A stretch of 64,000 nucleotides of DNA from Octopus vulgaris (taxonomy: Eukaryota). Shown piece by piece: positions 1-14,119 of the stretch. The position numbers and the translations under genes were made by a program. Below the pieces are notes generated by a model. It was not told the origin of the DNA. It searched no databases and saw nothing but the letters and a program-made list of their open reading frames with translations. Within the stretch, counting starts at the first letter, position 1. Every line of letters begins with the position of its first letter. The DNA is taken from contig OX597825.1 in the NCBI GenBank assembly GCA_951406725.2, positions 52,018,001-52,082,000 of the forward strand, written 5' to 3'.

Positions 1-593
1 TTCTCAGGTGTTTGTTGTCCTGACATTAAAAAATGGATTTTTCTCTGTTTATGACTTATGTTCCTCTTGATGTTTGCTTGATGGACTTTGTGTTTTGGTT
101 GTGGTATTTTACTTGGTTTCTTTATGTTTTCTGTCCTGATTTTGGTATTATGTATACTGTTATCAGTTTCTTGTTAGTATTGTTTTTAACAACCTGAGGG
201 AATGATCTGGGTTTACTTCAAGATCTAGATTGGTTTTTTGCCCTGTTTCTTGTAGATAATCTCTGTTGGGATCTTGAAAATGATCTCTTGTTACTTCTAC
301 TACTAATAGTCTGATCAAAGGAACATCTATCTTGTTTGTACTTTTTGTTCATATTGTGTGCATTAGGGTGTTTGCATACAAAAAGGGAAGAGTTCTTACC
401 CCAGTTCATCTTCAATTCACAGTGAAATGAGTGTACATATTGCCAGGTTTTCTGGCATATATTATGTTGGAGAGATTGTATATATTAGGAGAATATCCCA
501 AAACTAAAGGAGGATATCCAAAAATTCTGTCATATATATATATATATATATATATGTAAGATTCTTGATGCAAATTCATGTGTTGAAACAAAT

Positions 594-1796
594 TTTGCTG
601 TGCCTTGGGAGAACCATGACACTAATGATAACACATACGCAGGTTCAAATCCACTTCCTTAGTCAGTTGGTTAAGTAACTAAACAATCAACTAATTGAGT
701 GCTTGTTTAATGTGTTGCTTCAAGCAATCATTCAGTTGTTTGTCAACCAAAGTCCTTTTACTGCAACTTGAGGCCTTTTCAGTGACTTAGTGACATTGTC
801 TTTCACTCCAAGCTCTGTTCTGCATCTGTCTGAGAATTAGTGTTATGTCTGTGTGTAAGCATGCTTGTATGTGTATGTGTAGATGTTTGTTTAAAAGAGT
901 GGGTATAAATGAAGGGTTTTATGTGTATGTACACGTGCATAAGTGTGTGGTGGTGTGTATACACCCATGTGACTGCTTGTTTCTGTGGGCGTGTGTGCAC
1001 CAGCCATCTGTGACCTTTTTAAGGGTTTGGCCTTTTGCCTTTTGTCATGGTCAGTCTCATATCCACTGTCGATTAATGGGTTTAAAGTGTAGTTCTTTCT
1101 GTGGGAAGGAGGGTAGTGAGCCAAGTAGGTGTGCAGATCAGCATCTGAGTGTGCATGTGTGTGTGTGTAAGTGTATGTGTGTATGTGTATGTGCATGCAC
1201 AGTCTAGTGTGCATGCTCATGTAGTTAAGTTGGTTCTGAGGGTGACTGTATGTTCTTATGTATGAGTGTGAACATTGTCTTAATGTTTGAGTCTATTCCA
1301 GCATCTGTATGTGCATACCTGGCAGTTCGTTTCAATCAATAATTATCTGTGTGCATTCTTGTGTTGTGTATGTTTCTGCATGCATACATCTGTGTGCATG
1401 CTTCTGCACTTGTGCATGTATGTGTGTCCTTATGTGCACATATGTCCAGGTACACATACATGCACGCACACATAAGCATAGATGTGCATGCGGATACTCA
1501 CACACAAACACACACACACTTCCCGATTCTCTGCTCCCCACATAGAGAGCTACACACTAAACCCATATGACATTGCAGAGAGAAGGAAAGTCAATAAGTT
1601 ATTGAAAAGGTTGCGAGCAGTGATGAAAGAGCTTTGACTTACAAACAACCGATTGATTGTTTAAAACAATACATTAAACAATTGATTGATTAATTAGTTG
1701 GTTAGTTACATAACTAATTCAATAACAAAAAGAAGTGGATTTGAACTTGTGCATGTGTCATTATTATTGATGGGCTGACCCTCCCAAGACACAACA
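594..1796. mobile_element. Long-TIR foldback/MITE-like element with about 210-bp imperfect inverted arms
   Basis: About 594-810 aligns with the reverse complement of about 1570-1796 (e.g. GTTCAAATCCACTTC / GAAGTGGATTTGAAC). Right end is ...CAAGACACAACA. The interior is TG/CA-rich and non-coding. No clear TSD. Confidence 0.7.
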
Positions 1797-1803
1797 TACA
1801 TAC

Positions 1804-1807
<4 letters not shown>

Positions 1808-1836
<29 letters not shown>

Positions 1837-1903
1837 TGTATGTATGTATGTATGTATGTATTTACGTATGTGTGTGTGTGGATATATATATATATATATA
1901 TAT
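1808..1903. repeat. (TATG)n/(TG)n/(TA)n compound microsatellite
   Basis: Read directly from the sequence. Confidence 0.95.
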
Positions 1904-4754
1904 ACTTATGTATCACTAAGTATTTCTCCACCTTTACATTTTATTTATTTATTTATCTATTTATTTATTTACCCATACTTGTTATAACTTACATAGTTAA
2001 TAATTCTTCTGACCACACTTTAATTAAAGGATAAATTAATGATTTCGGTCTTAACTTTAAGGTCAATACTGCCCCTATTAGAGTTTTCCCTTTTTCCTCT
2101 TTTTCTGTTTCTCTTTGCATATCCTTCCCCTTGCCTATACACTCCAGGGTCACAAACTATGTCTGCAAGCTGGGAGGTGATTTATACTACCCTACCACTG
2201 ACCACACTACTCCCCTACCACAAATATAAATATCCTCATTATATGATTCCTGGGCAATTGTCAAGTTATCTATTTAATAGTTTTTTTCACTTTCAGGTGT
2301 CACTGGTGAATTTCGTCTGGTGGTCAAATAAATTTTCACCTATCAGAACTGCTCTAACAGATGAAACTGTATCACTACTGGAAGGGACGTCTTTGAATTC
2401 GAAAGAAAAGGGTAAGTTAAAGGAAAATGCAAAGAATGCATAATACAACAAAGATCCACACAGTCTGCCATTTCTTCCTTGCTACCTTTATTCCTAAATG
2501 TTTCACTTGAAGATTGCCCATGTTAGTTATCAATGGCAACAATATGGAGGAATCACTCAATCCGAAGGAGAGTGAAATACTTAGACATAGCCACAACACC
2601 ACCAACGATCTACTACTAATTCATTCAGACACTTTTTAAGTAATAGTGTTGTTCCCAACAGCAAAATTGCTATTGTTAATTGTAATATTGGACTCTATGA
2701 ATTATATGCAGTAAATTTTCACTAATAATAAAATATGAGTATTCCAACTTTAGCATTTTAGGGCCTTGTGCACGTCAAAGGTAATAACAACTGCAGGTGG
2801 CCCATGAAGATCATATTCTTGCATATTAGTTTTTCATTCACTTGATACAGGTACTGAATCATTTGTTTACATAATCCACATCTCTCTTTCTCTGGTATCT
2901 AAAACAACAGGTTTCTCTACTGAAACTGTACCCACCTAGTTTGTTGAGTATCAAATGTGTTCTCTGCCTTTTTCTAAATTAAAGTTTGTACAATACAAAC
3001 ATTTTCATAGTGATCACCATGCAGATAAAGTAAAACATATTTACAACAATGTAAACAGATGACAGTGGCAGTATCTTTATCTCATATCCAAGTATTTATT
3101 TTCTTCTTTGGTGAATGCTTCCTTTATGGTGATGATTTTGATGACTCTGTAGACTAATTCTTATATAGAAGAGTCAATGGAACTGACTGCATGGCAATGT
3201 TGGTTGAGGACGAGATTGATTTTGTCAAGCCTTTCTTTCCTGTCATTTGATTTCTTCCTTTTCTCTCCATGTGGCTTTGAAGGTATTGGTTCTAATGGTG
3301 ATGGAAAATTGCCACTTGGTACAATCTAACAATACATTTACAGCATAACTTCAGAACATTAACGATTTGTCTACAACACAACTACACCACATCTACAGGA
3401 CATTGACTGCTCATCTATAACTTATTGAACACCAAATCCATAGAACAGAGAAAATCCATACAACACATATCTCAATACACCTTCAATATCAAACATATAA
3501 CATTGTGTTTGATGAGCAATAGAGACCAGCTGTCCATGTAACAGTGAAGATCCTATAATTGACTGTAAATATTATTCATGCTTGTCATTAAATGATCGGA
3601 ACCTAATTTCTATTTACCTTTTCATGGAAAAACAAATAAGGTAATGAGGCAGCTCCAGAATCCACTAGAAAAAGTAGGCATATTTGCTCTTCTGTTTTAA
3701 AACAAAACATATTGAAATGTGTAGACCTTGATATAAGAAATGGCAAGGTTGTCATTTTTGCAACAGTTTTGCTTATACTTCTCTTCAATAATGGTTGACA
3801 ACAACAACAATTATGTTTAGATGTCATCTAAGACTGAATGCAGTATCGCAAAAAATGTAACACAACCCCACCAACCCTAAAGACCATAATTTTATCTGCT
3901 ATTTTTTGCTTTCTTTTTTGCACAGTTCTTATCTTGCTCTTCAGTTTAGGTTAAATTATAGGAGATTTCTATCAAGATCTCTGGCACTAAAGTCTACCAA
4001 ATCACTTTGGTAAAATTTCAGGAAAATATTTTATGTATCATTCTAATCTCTGGAATATGAATTTATATATATATAGGTAATAATAATCATCAGTTATTTC
4101 ATTAACCATAAAATAAAAACAGCCCCGAATGATCTTCAGAAATGCCATCTCCACCCTCACATGCCTGGACTAACATTGGATAATATCACAGACTATGTTG
4201 CTATGGGAACACATTGGGTAAAATATTAGTTTGGTTTCTTGTTTGCATAGAAAGTAACTCCCTATTAATGGGCATATTGCTGCTGTCTTTGATCTACAAA
4301 TGTAGCATAGCATAGATAGGAGATGGTTTATATAGTCTGTACAGAAGTGGGAATGTGAAGTAGATGAGGAAAATGCAAGGGATTAGGAGTGAATGGATTG
4401 GATAGAGGTTGATAAGGAGGGAGTCTTAGTGGAGGCAGTTGATGTGATGATGATGATGTAGATGGAGATGTAAAATAAACAAGTATATTTCAAGTATCAA
4501 TTTGTTCTTCGTAGCTTTAGAGAACATTCTTCTTTATATCAATGTTGTGCATATATTTAGTGGTGTGTATTTGTGTATGTTTACATGTGTATTTTTGAAC
4601 AGAGAAAGATAGACAGAAAGAAAGAGAGGAAGGGAGAGAGTATATGTTATTGGTAATGATGAGTGATTTTTCCATTGCTTTGAATTTTGCAACAGAAAAG
4701 TAATCAGGTGTTATATCAATGATATCATATATATATATATATATATATATACAT

Positions 4755-4785
<31 letters not shown>

Positions 4786-4798
4786 CGTATATATGATA

Positions 4799-5616
4799 TC
4801 ATTGTGTTTAACGTTTTTTTGATGTCCTGTACCCATATATGTATGTATATATACATATATGTATGCATGTATATATGCATATATTTATATATTCTTTATA
4901 TTATTATATGATCGAACGCCACGCATCCTTTTCTAAGTAAATTTTATCTTAATAATTACGATGTGCACTCTTCTATCTCTACTATCTCTTTTCTGTCAAT
5001 CTCTCTCCCTCTCTTGTTCTTCATCCTTTCTGGTTTTCTCTCCCACCCTTCCCTATTCTTCTCCTCTCCTCTTCACTGTTCCCTCTCTCTCACTCTCCCT
5101 CCTTGACTCTCTCGTCACTGACATGTGACGAAAGGGAATCTATCTTCCTGCCCATTTCCTTCCTAAAGACAACATATGCTTATACCTGTCTCCTCTTATA
5201 AGCTCATCCTCCTACACAATAATTCTACTATCGTCTTGGCCTAGCAGCCCTTACCGTTTGTTTTTACTGTCTTGTTTTCACTGTCCTGTTCTTGACACCA
5301 CTTTCACACTCTGCAAAATATCCCAAATTTTATTTAATTTGCTTTGCGGGAAGGACTGTTTCAATGAATACGCGTTTTGTCCTTGCCTTTGAAATATGGA
5401 GTAGACGAAACAGGGACAACTGATGAAGGGGAATATTCTTAATGTTACATGTTTTGTTTCTCTATTTGTTTTTATCATTGTTCAAAAAAAAGGTCGTTTT
5501 CTATGTTTCTGTTTTTATGTTTACATTTCTCATTGTGTTTTGATGTCCTGTACCCATATATGCATGTATATATACATATATATGTAGGTATGTATATATG
5601 CATATATTTATATATT
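4799..5616 (+). mobile_element. Interspersed repeat bounded by about 90-bp direct repeats (Penelope pLTR-like or retrozyme-like)
   Basis: TCATTGTGTTT..TGATGTCCTGTACCCATATATG..GCATATATTTATATATT occurs at 4799-4893 and 5530-5616. The interior is CT-rich. The family assignment is inference. Confidence 0.5.
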
Positions 5617-5619
5617 ATG

Positions 5620-5662
<43 letters not shown>

Positions 5663-6539
5663 CACATACATACACATATATATGTGTATGCATATACATG
5701 CACACAAATAAGTATGTATGTATGTATAGCATGTTACTAAAAATACTTAAGAGACCTTGGAAGAAATTTAATGGCCATATACTAACATTCAATCCAACAG
5801 CAGACTTGTCTCTGTATACTGAAACATGACAAATCTAGATCTAAAAATTTATCCTATAAATATATGATGATTGTTTTGAAAAAATTTTATTGAAAACATG
5901 CAATTTGGCCAAAGAACGGGTCTTTGGTTTTATTTGATCCATATTACAAGTAATTTGAAGAAATTGCAAGTTAAAGTTGGAAAACATCTGAACAAGAGAA
6001 AAAGAAAGACAGCAAAAACAAATTAAATGAGAATGGCATAACCAGGATTCGAAACTGTATAGCAAGCATTGTGTTTAATGGTTCAACTAGCTTAAAACAC
6101 TTAATTCTTCTAGTGTTTGGGTCTAGAATAACTGAGATGTAATTTTCATCTAAATTAATCAAATTCTATGAACCTCTACTAATTAAAATCTAAACATATG
6201 ACATGGTTTGTGATTTCAACAATATTTCCAAAGTTTTTCAGACTCACATTGCAGAGATATTAACCTCAGTCACAGCAGCTCACATTGCAGTCACTCACAT
6301 TCATGGAAAATAACGTGCTTGCCGATATCAATTTAGTGATTGATGTACGTACAGTAATTCAGTAGGGAACAACATGGTTTAGAGATAAAAGACAGACGAA
6401 TGGTAAATTAATTACTGATGAACAGCTCAAAGAAGTCTCACATATATTTAGTTTCATGCCTCTTTCCTGTCTTATCTTCCTAAATTAATGATATAACTTA
6501 ATATTTATACTACACAGTGGCATATCTAGAGCTACAAAC

Positions 6540-7110
<571 letters not shown>

Positions 7111-7867
7111 ATAATGTTGCTATATGTTTTACACTTTCATAATTACATAATGCTGTTATTGGCAAGATGCTTTATACTAGCATAATGTGTTTGTTTATAT
7201 GTAGAATATTAGTTTCTGTGTATATGTATATATATATATATTTATTATCAACATCAGCTCGTCCTCATTTCAGATATTTTTTCTTCTTTCTGTCTTGTTT
7301 GTTATGTCAGTATTACTGGTGACAGTGAAAGTTAGTCCTTGCGTAACACATGTGACCACACAAGTTGTACTTGACTGACAGAGGTTGGCATGGATGGAAT
7401 TGATGGATTTTGTTTTTTGCTATATTTTCTCTTTGTTTCTAAGACACTATTTTTTCATAGATTTCTGTAACAGTTGAGATGGCTTGGTGCCAAAGTTTTC
7501 AGTATAGTGCATATATTTTCTCAGGTTGCCACATTGATGTGGGAATTCTTCATAGCTTCAGATAATCTTTGTATGACTGTAATGGATATGTTTGGTGAAA
7601 TTTTCTTGAGGTTGTATAGATAGTGAAATGTGGCGTTACACATATAATGTAAATGAAATATCTATTTGAGCCAGTAGTTGATAAAGGAGGCAGAGTATTA
7701 GTCTTACCATACTAGTGAATCTATTTGTCATTGACAGGAACTATGAGAGGTGGGGTGGTGATTATACTTTAGGACAAAATATGATAAAAGTACAAAATGT
7801 GCTCATTCTAGATAACCAGTTGACTAACAAAACGTGTGTGTGTGTGTGTGTTTATTTGAATGTGTGG

Positions 7868-8370
7868 TGAAAGCTCATGGTTTGGTGGTTAGAGTATTTG
7901 GCTCATAACTGTAAGATCATGCGTTTCATTCCCAGTGGTGTGTTTTCTTGAGCAAGACACTTTATTTCAGTGGCTCCCATGTAAAAGGCACTATTTGAAT
8001 ATGATCAATGTCAGGGACGCCTGACTGGCTCCTGTACTGATGATAGGTAAAAAGCACCCACTACACTCTCGGAGTGGTTGGCATTAGAAAGGGCATCAAG
8101 CTGTAGAAGCATTGCCAGATCAGACTGGAGCCTAGTGCAGCCGCTAGCTTTCCAAACCCAGTCGAACCGTCCAACATATGCCAACATGGAAAATGGACGT
8201 TAAACGATGATGATGATGATGACGTCGACAAGGATGCTCCACTCCATTCACCTGGCAAAAAGTGAGTAATACTTGGATTTCAAAGGGCCAGCGTTGTCAC
8301 ATTCTGTGTCATGCTGAATGACACAGAATGGCACACCTCTGAGAACAATATTAAGGGTACACATGCCTGG
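7868..8370 (+). mobile_element. tRNA-derived SINE interrupted by an RTE-type 3' tail
   Basis: tRNA-like head TGGTTTGGTGGTTAGAG and core CTTGAGCAAGACACTTTATTTCA. The body resumes after 8235. Confidence 0.65.
7975..8222 (+). mobile_element. RTE LINE 3' end (5'-truncated) or RTE-tailed SINE with (GAT)n tail
   Basis: AAAGCACCCACTACACTCTCGGAGTGGTTGGC...GGACGTTAAACGATGATGAT, a motif repeated many times in the window. Confidence 0.8.
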
Positions 8371-8543
8371 TTATCTTCATTGCTGCTTTGAAAATTCTTT
8401 CCATGAGATGCCTAGAAAGGTTGCAGTTACTGCTATTCTTCAAATCCTTCAGCTCTATCCAGGCTAGACATCTGTACACCTCAATGTTCCTCGCTGAGCT
8501 ACCCCATCAACAGCCTGAGTAATTTCAAGACAAAATTTCTGTA

Positions 8544-8546
<3 letters not shown>

Positions 8547-8594
<48 letters not shown>

Positions 8595-8741
8595 TGTGTA
8601 CGTGTGTGCATACTTTTCTGAATATTGAGAGAAAGAGAGATAGAAAAAAGAAGAAGAAGAAGAAGAAGAAGAAGAAGAAGAAGAAGAAGAAGAAGAAGAA
8701 GAAGAAGAAGAAGAAGAAGAAGAAGAAGAAGAAGAAGAAGA
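8547..8741. repeat. (TG)n and long pure (GAA)n microsatellites
   Basis: (GAA)n at about 8648-8741 produces the poly-K/S/F/L ORFs. Confidence 0.95.
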
Positions 8742-9987
8742 CATTGAAAATGTGAGAGTGTATGTCGATGTGTGACACATACAAAGAGTAAAATGGAAAG
8801 ACAAAATGAATATAAGCTATATGAAATCAAATACATAAACCAGTGGTCAAAGAGATTTATGTAGTGCGATAAAGACCATAAAAAAGAGAGACAGATACAG
8901 TGATACAAATAGAGAAAGAGAGAGAAAGTGACATCCTTCAGAGAGAGAGAGAGAGAGAGAGAAAGAAAGATCATCTATTATCCATTGACGGTGACTGTTT
9001 CTAAGAGATAATCTATATATTCAGAGCCAGAACAGACACTGGTCCAATCTGTAAAATAATCTGGCCATTGTTTCGTTCAGCCAAGAGTGGCAGCCATTTA
9101 CACAGTAAGTGTTTTACTGTCTTCTTTTAACACTATATGGCCACATATTCTCTTAGAAAGAATCTTCAATTAACTAAATATGGTGGAAGAACTTGTATGA
9201 AACATGAATAAATATCACCGATAATAGTCCCTGTTAATCAATAATTGAACTTATATAGCATTTGTGTAATCAATTTATTGATAAAAAATAGGGTGATTAA
9301 GTGGTGTTGCCTGTAGCAATCACATGGCATTGATTTCCTCCAAAATGAAAAGATTTACGAGACTAAAAGAGTCTTAGCATTGAATAGGGACGCTAAAGAG
9401 TTTGTTTGCTTACACTGGAGATTTGAATTCTTCATTTCCACCATTACCGTTACAAGATTACATGAGGAAGAGAAGAAAGAGAAAGAGGATAAAAACAACA
9501 CACACACACACACACACACACATACACACTACCCCCCACACACACGCACAGAAAAAAACTAAGAATGGTAAAGATATATAAGAAAGGTATTAAAAATGTA
9601 TATGGAGCGTAAATATATATAAAAAAAACACAGAAACAGAAAAAATAATAGTGTTAGGTAAGTAAAAACAAATATTTGTGCATGGAGGAGAGGGAGGTGA
9701 ATATAGACAGTGGGGGTGAGGAGAGCAATTTAAGTTGTTCAACTAATTCTGTAGTAAGTATATATACACATAAGTATACTTATATAAATATATATACATA
9801 CACACATGCACAAATTCACTCATGCACACACACACACATATATATACATATATACATACATACATACATATACATACACATATATATACATATATCCTAT
9901 ACATAACTATATATATTACATAAAAATTTATATATGAATATAAAACATATATACACATATAAATGACATATACATGACATGCAGCTA

Positions 9988-10029
<42 letters not shown>

Positions 10030-10056
10030 TGTATATATATACACATATGTATATAC

Positions 10057-10087
<31 letters not shown>

Positions 10088-10624
10088 CATACATATACAT
10101 ACATGTATGTATATAAAGCACACATGCACGTGCACACACACATACACACATTTACAGTTAAACCAAAGAAAAATATTTTTTGTTTCACAGTTTTATTGAT
10201 GAGGTTTTAGTTTGTTGATGCCAGAAAAATTTCTATTTTCTCTGTAAATATTACATAACAAAGCTTTTCTGCTTGTTTTGGTGAACACTTTGTTAGGACT
10301 GACATTTTATGTGTGCATGTGAGTGTTTGTATGTATTTACGGTTTGTATGTTTCTGTGTGTGCTGTGTTTGAGGTTTTTTGGTGTAAAAATGTTGTTTCT
10401 CTGAGGTTAGTAATAATGTTATATAAAGTACAGTGTTATGCTCAAGGGAAGTAATTTTTGGAATCTCATAGTATTTCCTCTGTAGTCCACAGCAGAGATA
10501 GAATGGATATACTTCCAGGTGTTGAACATCACTGAGCACCGTTGAGTGTTAAAGGATATGTCAATGTTGAGATAGCTGATGAAGTAAAAGCATAGGTAGA
10601 GACAGCAGAAAAACACATGCAGAT

Positions 10625-10840
10625 ATATGAGGTAAGCTGGTAGAATTGATAACACACTGGATGAAATGCTTAGTAGCATTTCTTCTGGCTCTTGATGTTC
10701 TGAGTTCAAATGCTACTGATGTCAACTTTGCCTTTCAGCATTTCAGCTTCAATAAAAAAGTACCAGTTAAACACTGGAAGGGGATGTAATCTGCTAAGCC
10801 CCTTCCCTCAAAATTGCTAACCTTGTGCCAAAATTAGAAT
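10625..10840 (+). mobile_element. Short SINE (second family)
   Basis: GCTGGTAGAATT..GAAATGCTTAG..GAGTTCAAAT..GTCAACTTTGCCTTTCA..AAGTACCAGTT. Homologous to copies at 29300, 59995 and 60245. Confidence 0.75.
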
Positions 10841-10847
10841 ATATATA

Positions 10848-11370
10848 CCATAAATCCTCGAGCATAGTTCGCCCTTGAGTACAATACGCAGAGGATTTTT
10901 GCAGGGGCTGTACTTCTGAAAAACCTAAACCTTGTGTATAATACACATCCCTTCTCTAACTTGAGTCATGCGTAATTAAGCCAGCAGCACCTAGTCAAGC
11001 AAACACTTCCGTGCATGTGTAATACAATAATGGTGATGTTCTTAACTGTTATATGGGAATGTAAATATGTTTGCAAATTGTTTTTGTTACATGTTTTTCT
11101 GTGTTCTGAATACTTTTATTTTAATAAATGTTGCTTACTGCAAGTTATGGATGATTCTTTTATGACTTCATTGCTTTCAGGCTTAGCTTAAGGTATTTTC
11201 GTGCCCGACATTACAAAATGCGTTTGAATAAACATTGCCAGACAACAAATAGAGACTCGGACATTGCTTAGAAAATGCTTTTCATTTTTAACTTCGTATA
11301 TATTACGCACTAGGGATTTTGACCTTCAAATTTTGGGAAAAAAATGCAGATTATACATGAGGATTTACGG
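10848..11370. mobile_element. Tc1/mariner-pogo (Tigger-like) MITE
   Basis: Imperfect TIRs CCATAAATCCTCGAGCATA / TATACATGAGGATTTACGG, flanked by TA on both sides. Confidence 0.8.
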
Positions 11371-11909
11371 TATATATATATATGTAAAACTAAATAGGTG
11401 TATTCAAAAATCTGTGCTTAAATATATTTCCACAAAACTAATGGGCTTTCTTTCAGTGATCTTAATTAGATCTTATGACACACAAGCACTTCTTTTATAG
11501 GAAATCAAACAAGGAGAGAGTATATATCTGTAGGTACACCCATCGCACCCCAGTTATCATTATTAAGAACATAGTAACAAGTACAAATATAGAATCCTTC
11601 TATGTAATCTTCAATAAAGGACGTTTTTTGAGCAGGCATCTACTAAAACAAGCTGCCAGCCAGTTGTAGCTTTAGTGAGAAGTTCATTTACTTGAAACTA
11701 CTTTTAGAGTGTGAAAGGTTTCCTGGTTCAACTCCACCCATAATATAAATGTAATTACAGAAGTTAGCTGGAAACTAATGTAGGGTGCCACTTTTTGATT
11801 GTGCACAACAAGATCTTCTATTGACATGAAATGAAAGAACAAAAAGAAAGGAACAGAAATGTCACATTTCATTTCCAGAGTTAAATGTTTTGTGTCAAGT
11901 TCTTTGCCA

Positions 11910-12062
11910 TGCAGGTATTGCTTTGTGATTGAGAAGCTTGTTTCCCAACTACATGGTTCTAATTCCAGCCCCACTACAAGGCACTTTGGGTGAGTATCTT
12001 CTACTATAGTCTCAGATTAACCAAAGCCTTGTGAGTGGATTTAGTTGACAAAAACTGAAAGT
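11910..12062 (+). mobile_element. tRNA-derived SINE, 5' half
   Basis: ..CACATGGTTC..GGCACTTTGGG..TCTTCTACTATAG..CCAAAGCCTTGTGAGTGGATTT. Same family as 44705-45002 and 49465-49590. Confidence 0.75.
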
Positions 12063-12304
12063 TATATATTATGTATGTGTGTGTTTACTTCTGTTATTTA
12101 ATCACTTAATTTTTCTCTGAGGTAAGAGCTCATTTCTAACAAAGAAAGAAAAGTTCATTACTGTAATATAGATAACAAAAACAATGTCACATTTTAAGCT
12201 TGAGAAAAGTTTTGCATAATTCTACTATTCCAATTACAGATTATACATATAATATACAAGTTAGTTGGCTGATATCTTTTTCCGAAAACCTTCACTTGTA
12301 ACAA

Positions 12305-12524
12305 CCTTTTCATTACCAACCCGGCTGAAACCAGCTCTGGCTCTGAGTATAAATGACTTGTTAACATCAGTTTTGAATTAAAATCTTCCACCAAACCTTA
12401 GTCACAATTTATGTTCCTAACACTAGCTGAATGATAACTGAGTTATTTTACTAAATTCTTTGTGATATTTAAAGTAATTGAAAGAAACACAGGACATCTC
12501 AAAATAAATACAGTAACGAAAGGG
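12305..12524. mobile_element. Non-autonomous piggyBac MITE (about 220 bp)
   Basis: Left end CCTTTTCATTACC; right end CAGTAACGAAAGGG followed by TTAA. The termini match the piggyBac at 52785-55409. Confidence 0.75.
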
Positions 12525-12614
12525 TTAAATATTTACTTACAAAAACAAGTGCACCAATTATTATTAGTATAAATGTAAATTTGTAATCTGAATATAGAAG
12601 CTGGAAGTTTCAAA

Positions 12615-12990
12615 GCAGTTATCCATAGTTATCCTCTTTCTCTTTGATTTTGGCATTTTTGGACAGCTGTTAATCACATGTGTGATATCTTTCACAGAAA
12701 TATAACATAAACTACATTTTTGGTGGCATCTTGGAGATCCAGGTACTCCACAGTCCCCTTTTTTTATTAAGCATTTCATAGCAATCTCCTGTTCTTGGAT
12801 TGCAAATGCATAGCCTTTTAAATGTGATGTGATGTAGCAGTGAAGAGTCCAAGAGAGGTTGCATTTCATGTTGATAATACTGTCTTCAAGTCTTTGAGAA
12901 ACATATCTATGTCTAGTCTTCTTTTGGCATGCTGTATGAACATTTAACATTGTTTTAGAGTCAAGTTTTGGTTGCTATATCTAGCATGGT
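12615..12990 (-). mobile_element. R4/Dong-like non-LTR retrotransposon fragment (pre-CCHC/CCHC region)
   Basis: Translation includes HLKGYAFAIQEQEIA...KCSLC...DITHVINSCPKM. Confidence 0.7.
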
Positions 12991-13113
12991 GGTATCTTTT
13001 AGATACCCTTAATTATAAATTTATATATATTTATATATGTGTGTATGTGTGTATGTATATAAATGTATATGTGTGTGTGTGTGGGTGTTTACATACACAT
13101 ATATAGCTATGTA

Positions 13114-13173
<60 letters not shown>

Positions 13174-13227
13174 CAAATACATACAGATATAAAAATGAGT
13201 TACTATTCAAATGAATAGTCATAAAGA

Positions 13228-13264
<37 letters not shown>

Positions 13265-13265
<1 letters not shown>

Positions 13266-13997
13266 GCAGGAAATCTAAATAATTGATAATAACAACAGCA
13301 ATAACATTAGTGGCAGCAAGCAATATTAGCATTAAACAACTATACAATAAATTCATAATTATATTCGAGGGTACACAAAGCACCAGCTTGCTAAAAAAAT
13401 GAAAATAAAACCCCTCAACTTAACTACCAATCTCACTGAAAATATACAACGGACCAACAGAGATTGGGCAAACGAGCAGAATTTAACATACTATCTCAAC
13501 TAAAAAGCTATAGAATGAGGTAACAGATATACCTGGATCACGATTTCAAATTGTGGCTTGTGCCTCAATTCTCCCCAGCAGGTCTTGCTGTACCTAAAAT
13601 GAAAAAATCCATCTCACCTCATTATAATCCGTTATGTCTTGAATAGTCTCACACCAAATTCAAAACAATTTCACTGCACAATATATATATATATATCAAT
13701 GAGTAAATATCTAAATGAATATTCATAAAAATTTTGTTATTATTATTAGCCTCTTGATAACAATGGCATTCTTCTTTCATTATTATTATTGCTATTATTA
13801 TTAGTCACTTGATAACAATGGCACTCTTCTTGTTTTGCTTCTGTATACCTACTGGAGGAGTTACCTCAATCCTATAAAATATTACCAAATATGAAGTAGA
13901 TTAACAAGTTTGTTTTTTGAATATGTGGAAGGCACACTAGATGCCGAAATATTGTTCACTTGATAACAATAGAACTCTTCTTTATTTTGTTTCTTCT

Positions 13998-14029
<32 letters not shown>

Positions 14030-14031
14030 CA

Positions 14032-14119
<88 letters not shown>

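Noticed and set aside
5403-5462. SECIS element or canonical hammerhead
   Set aside because: There is no properly spaced AA loop or 3' GA quartet for a SECIS, and no GAAA after stem II for a hammerhead. Kept only as an unclassified structure.
7270-7620. R4-like LINE remnant on the minus strand
   Set aside because: Only a faint LRKY..NF..KPSQ resemblance; too degraded to support.
8464-8974. Poly-K/S/F/L ORFs
   Set aside because: They derive from a pure (GAA)n microsatellite.
10487-10636. Possible exon ending at GAG|GTAAGC
   Set aside because: There are stops in all three frames, and the apparent donor is the start of a SINE.
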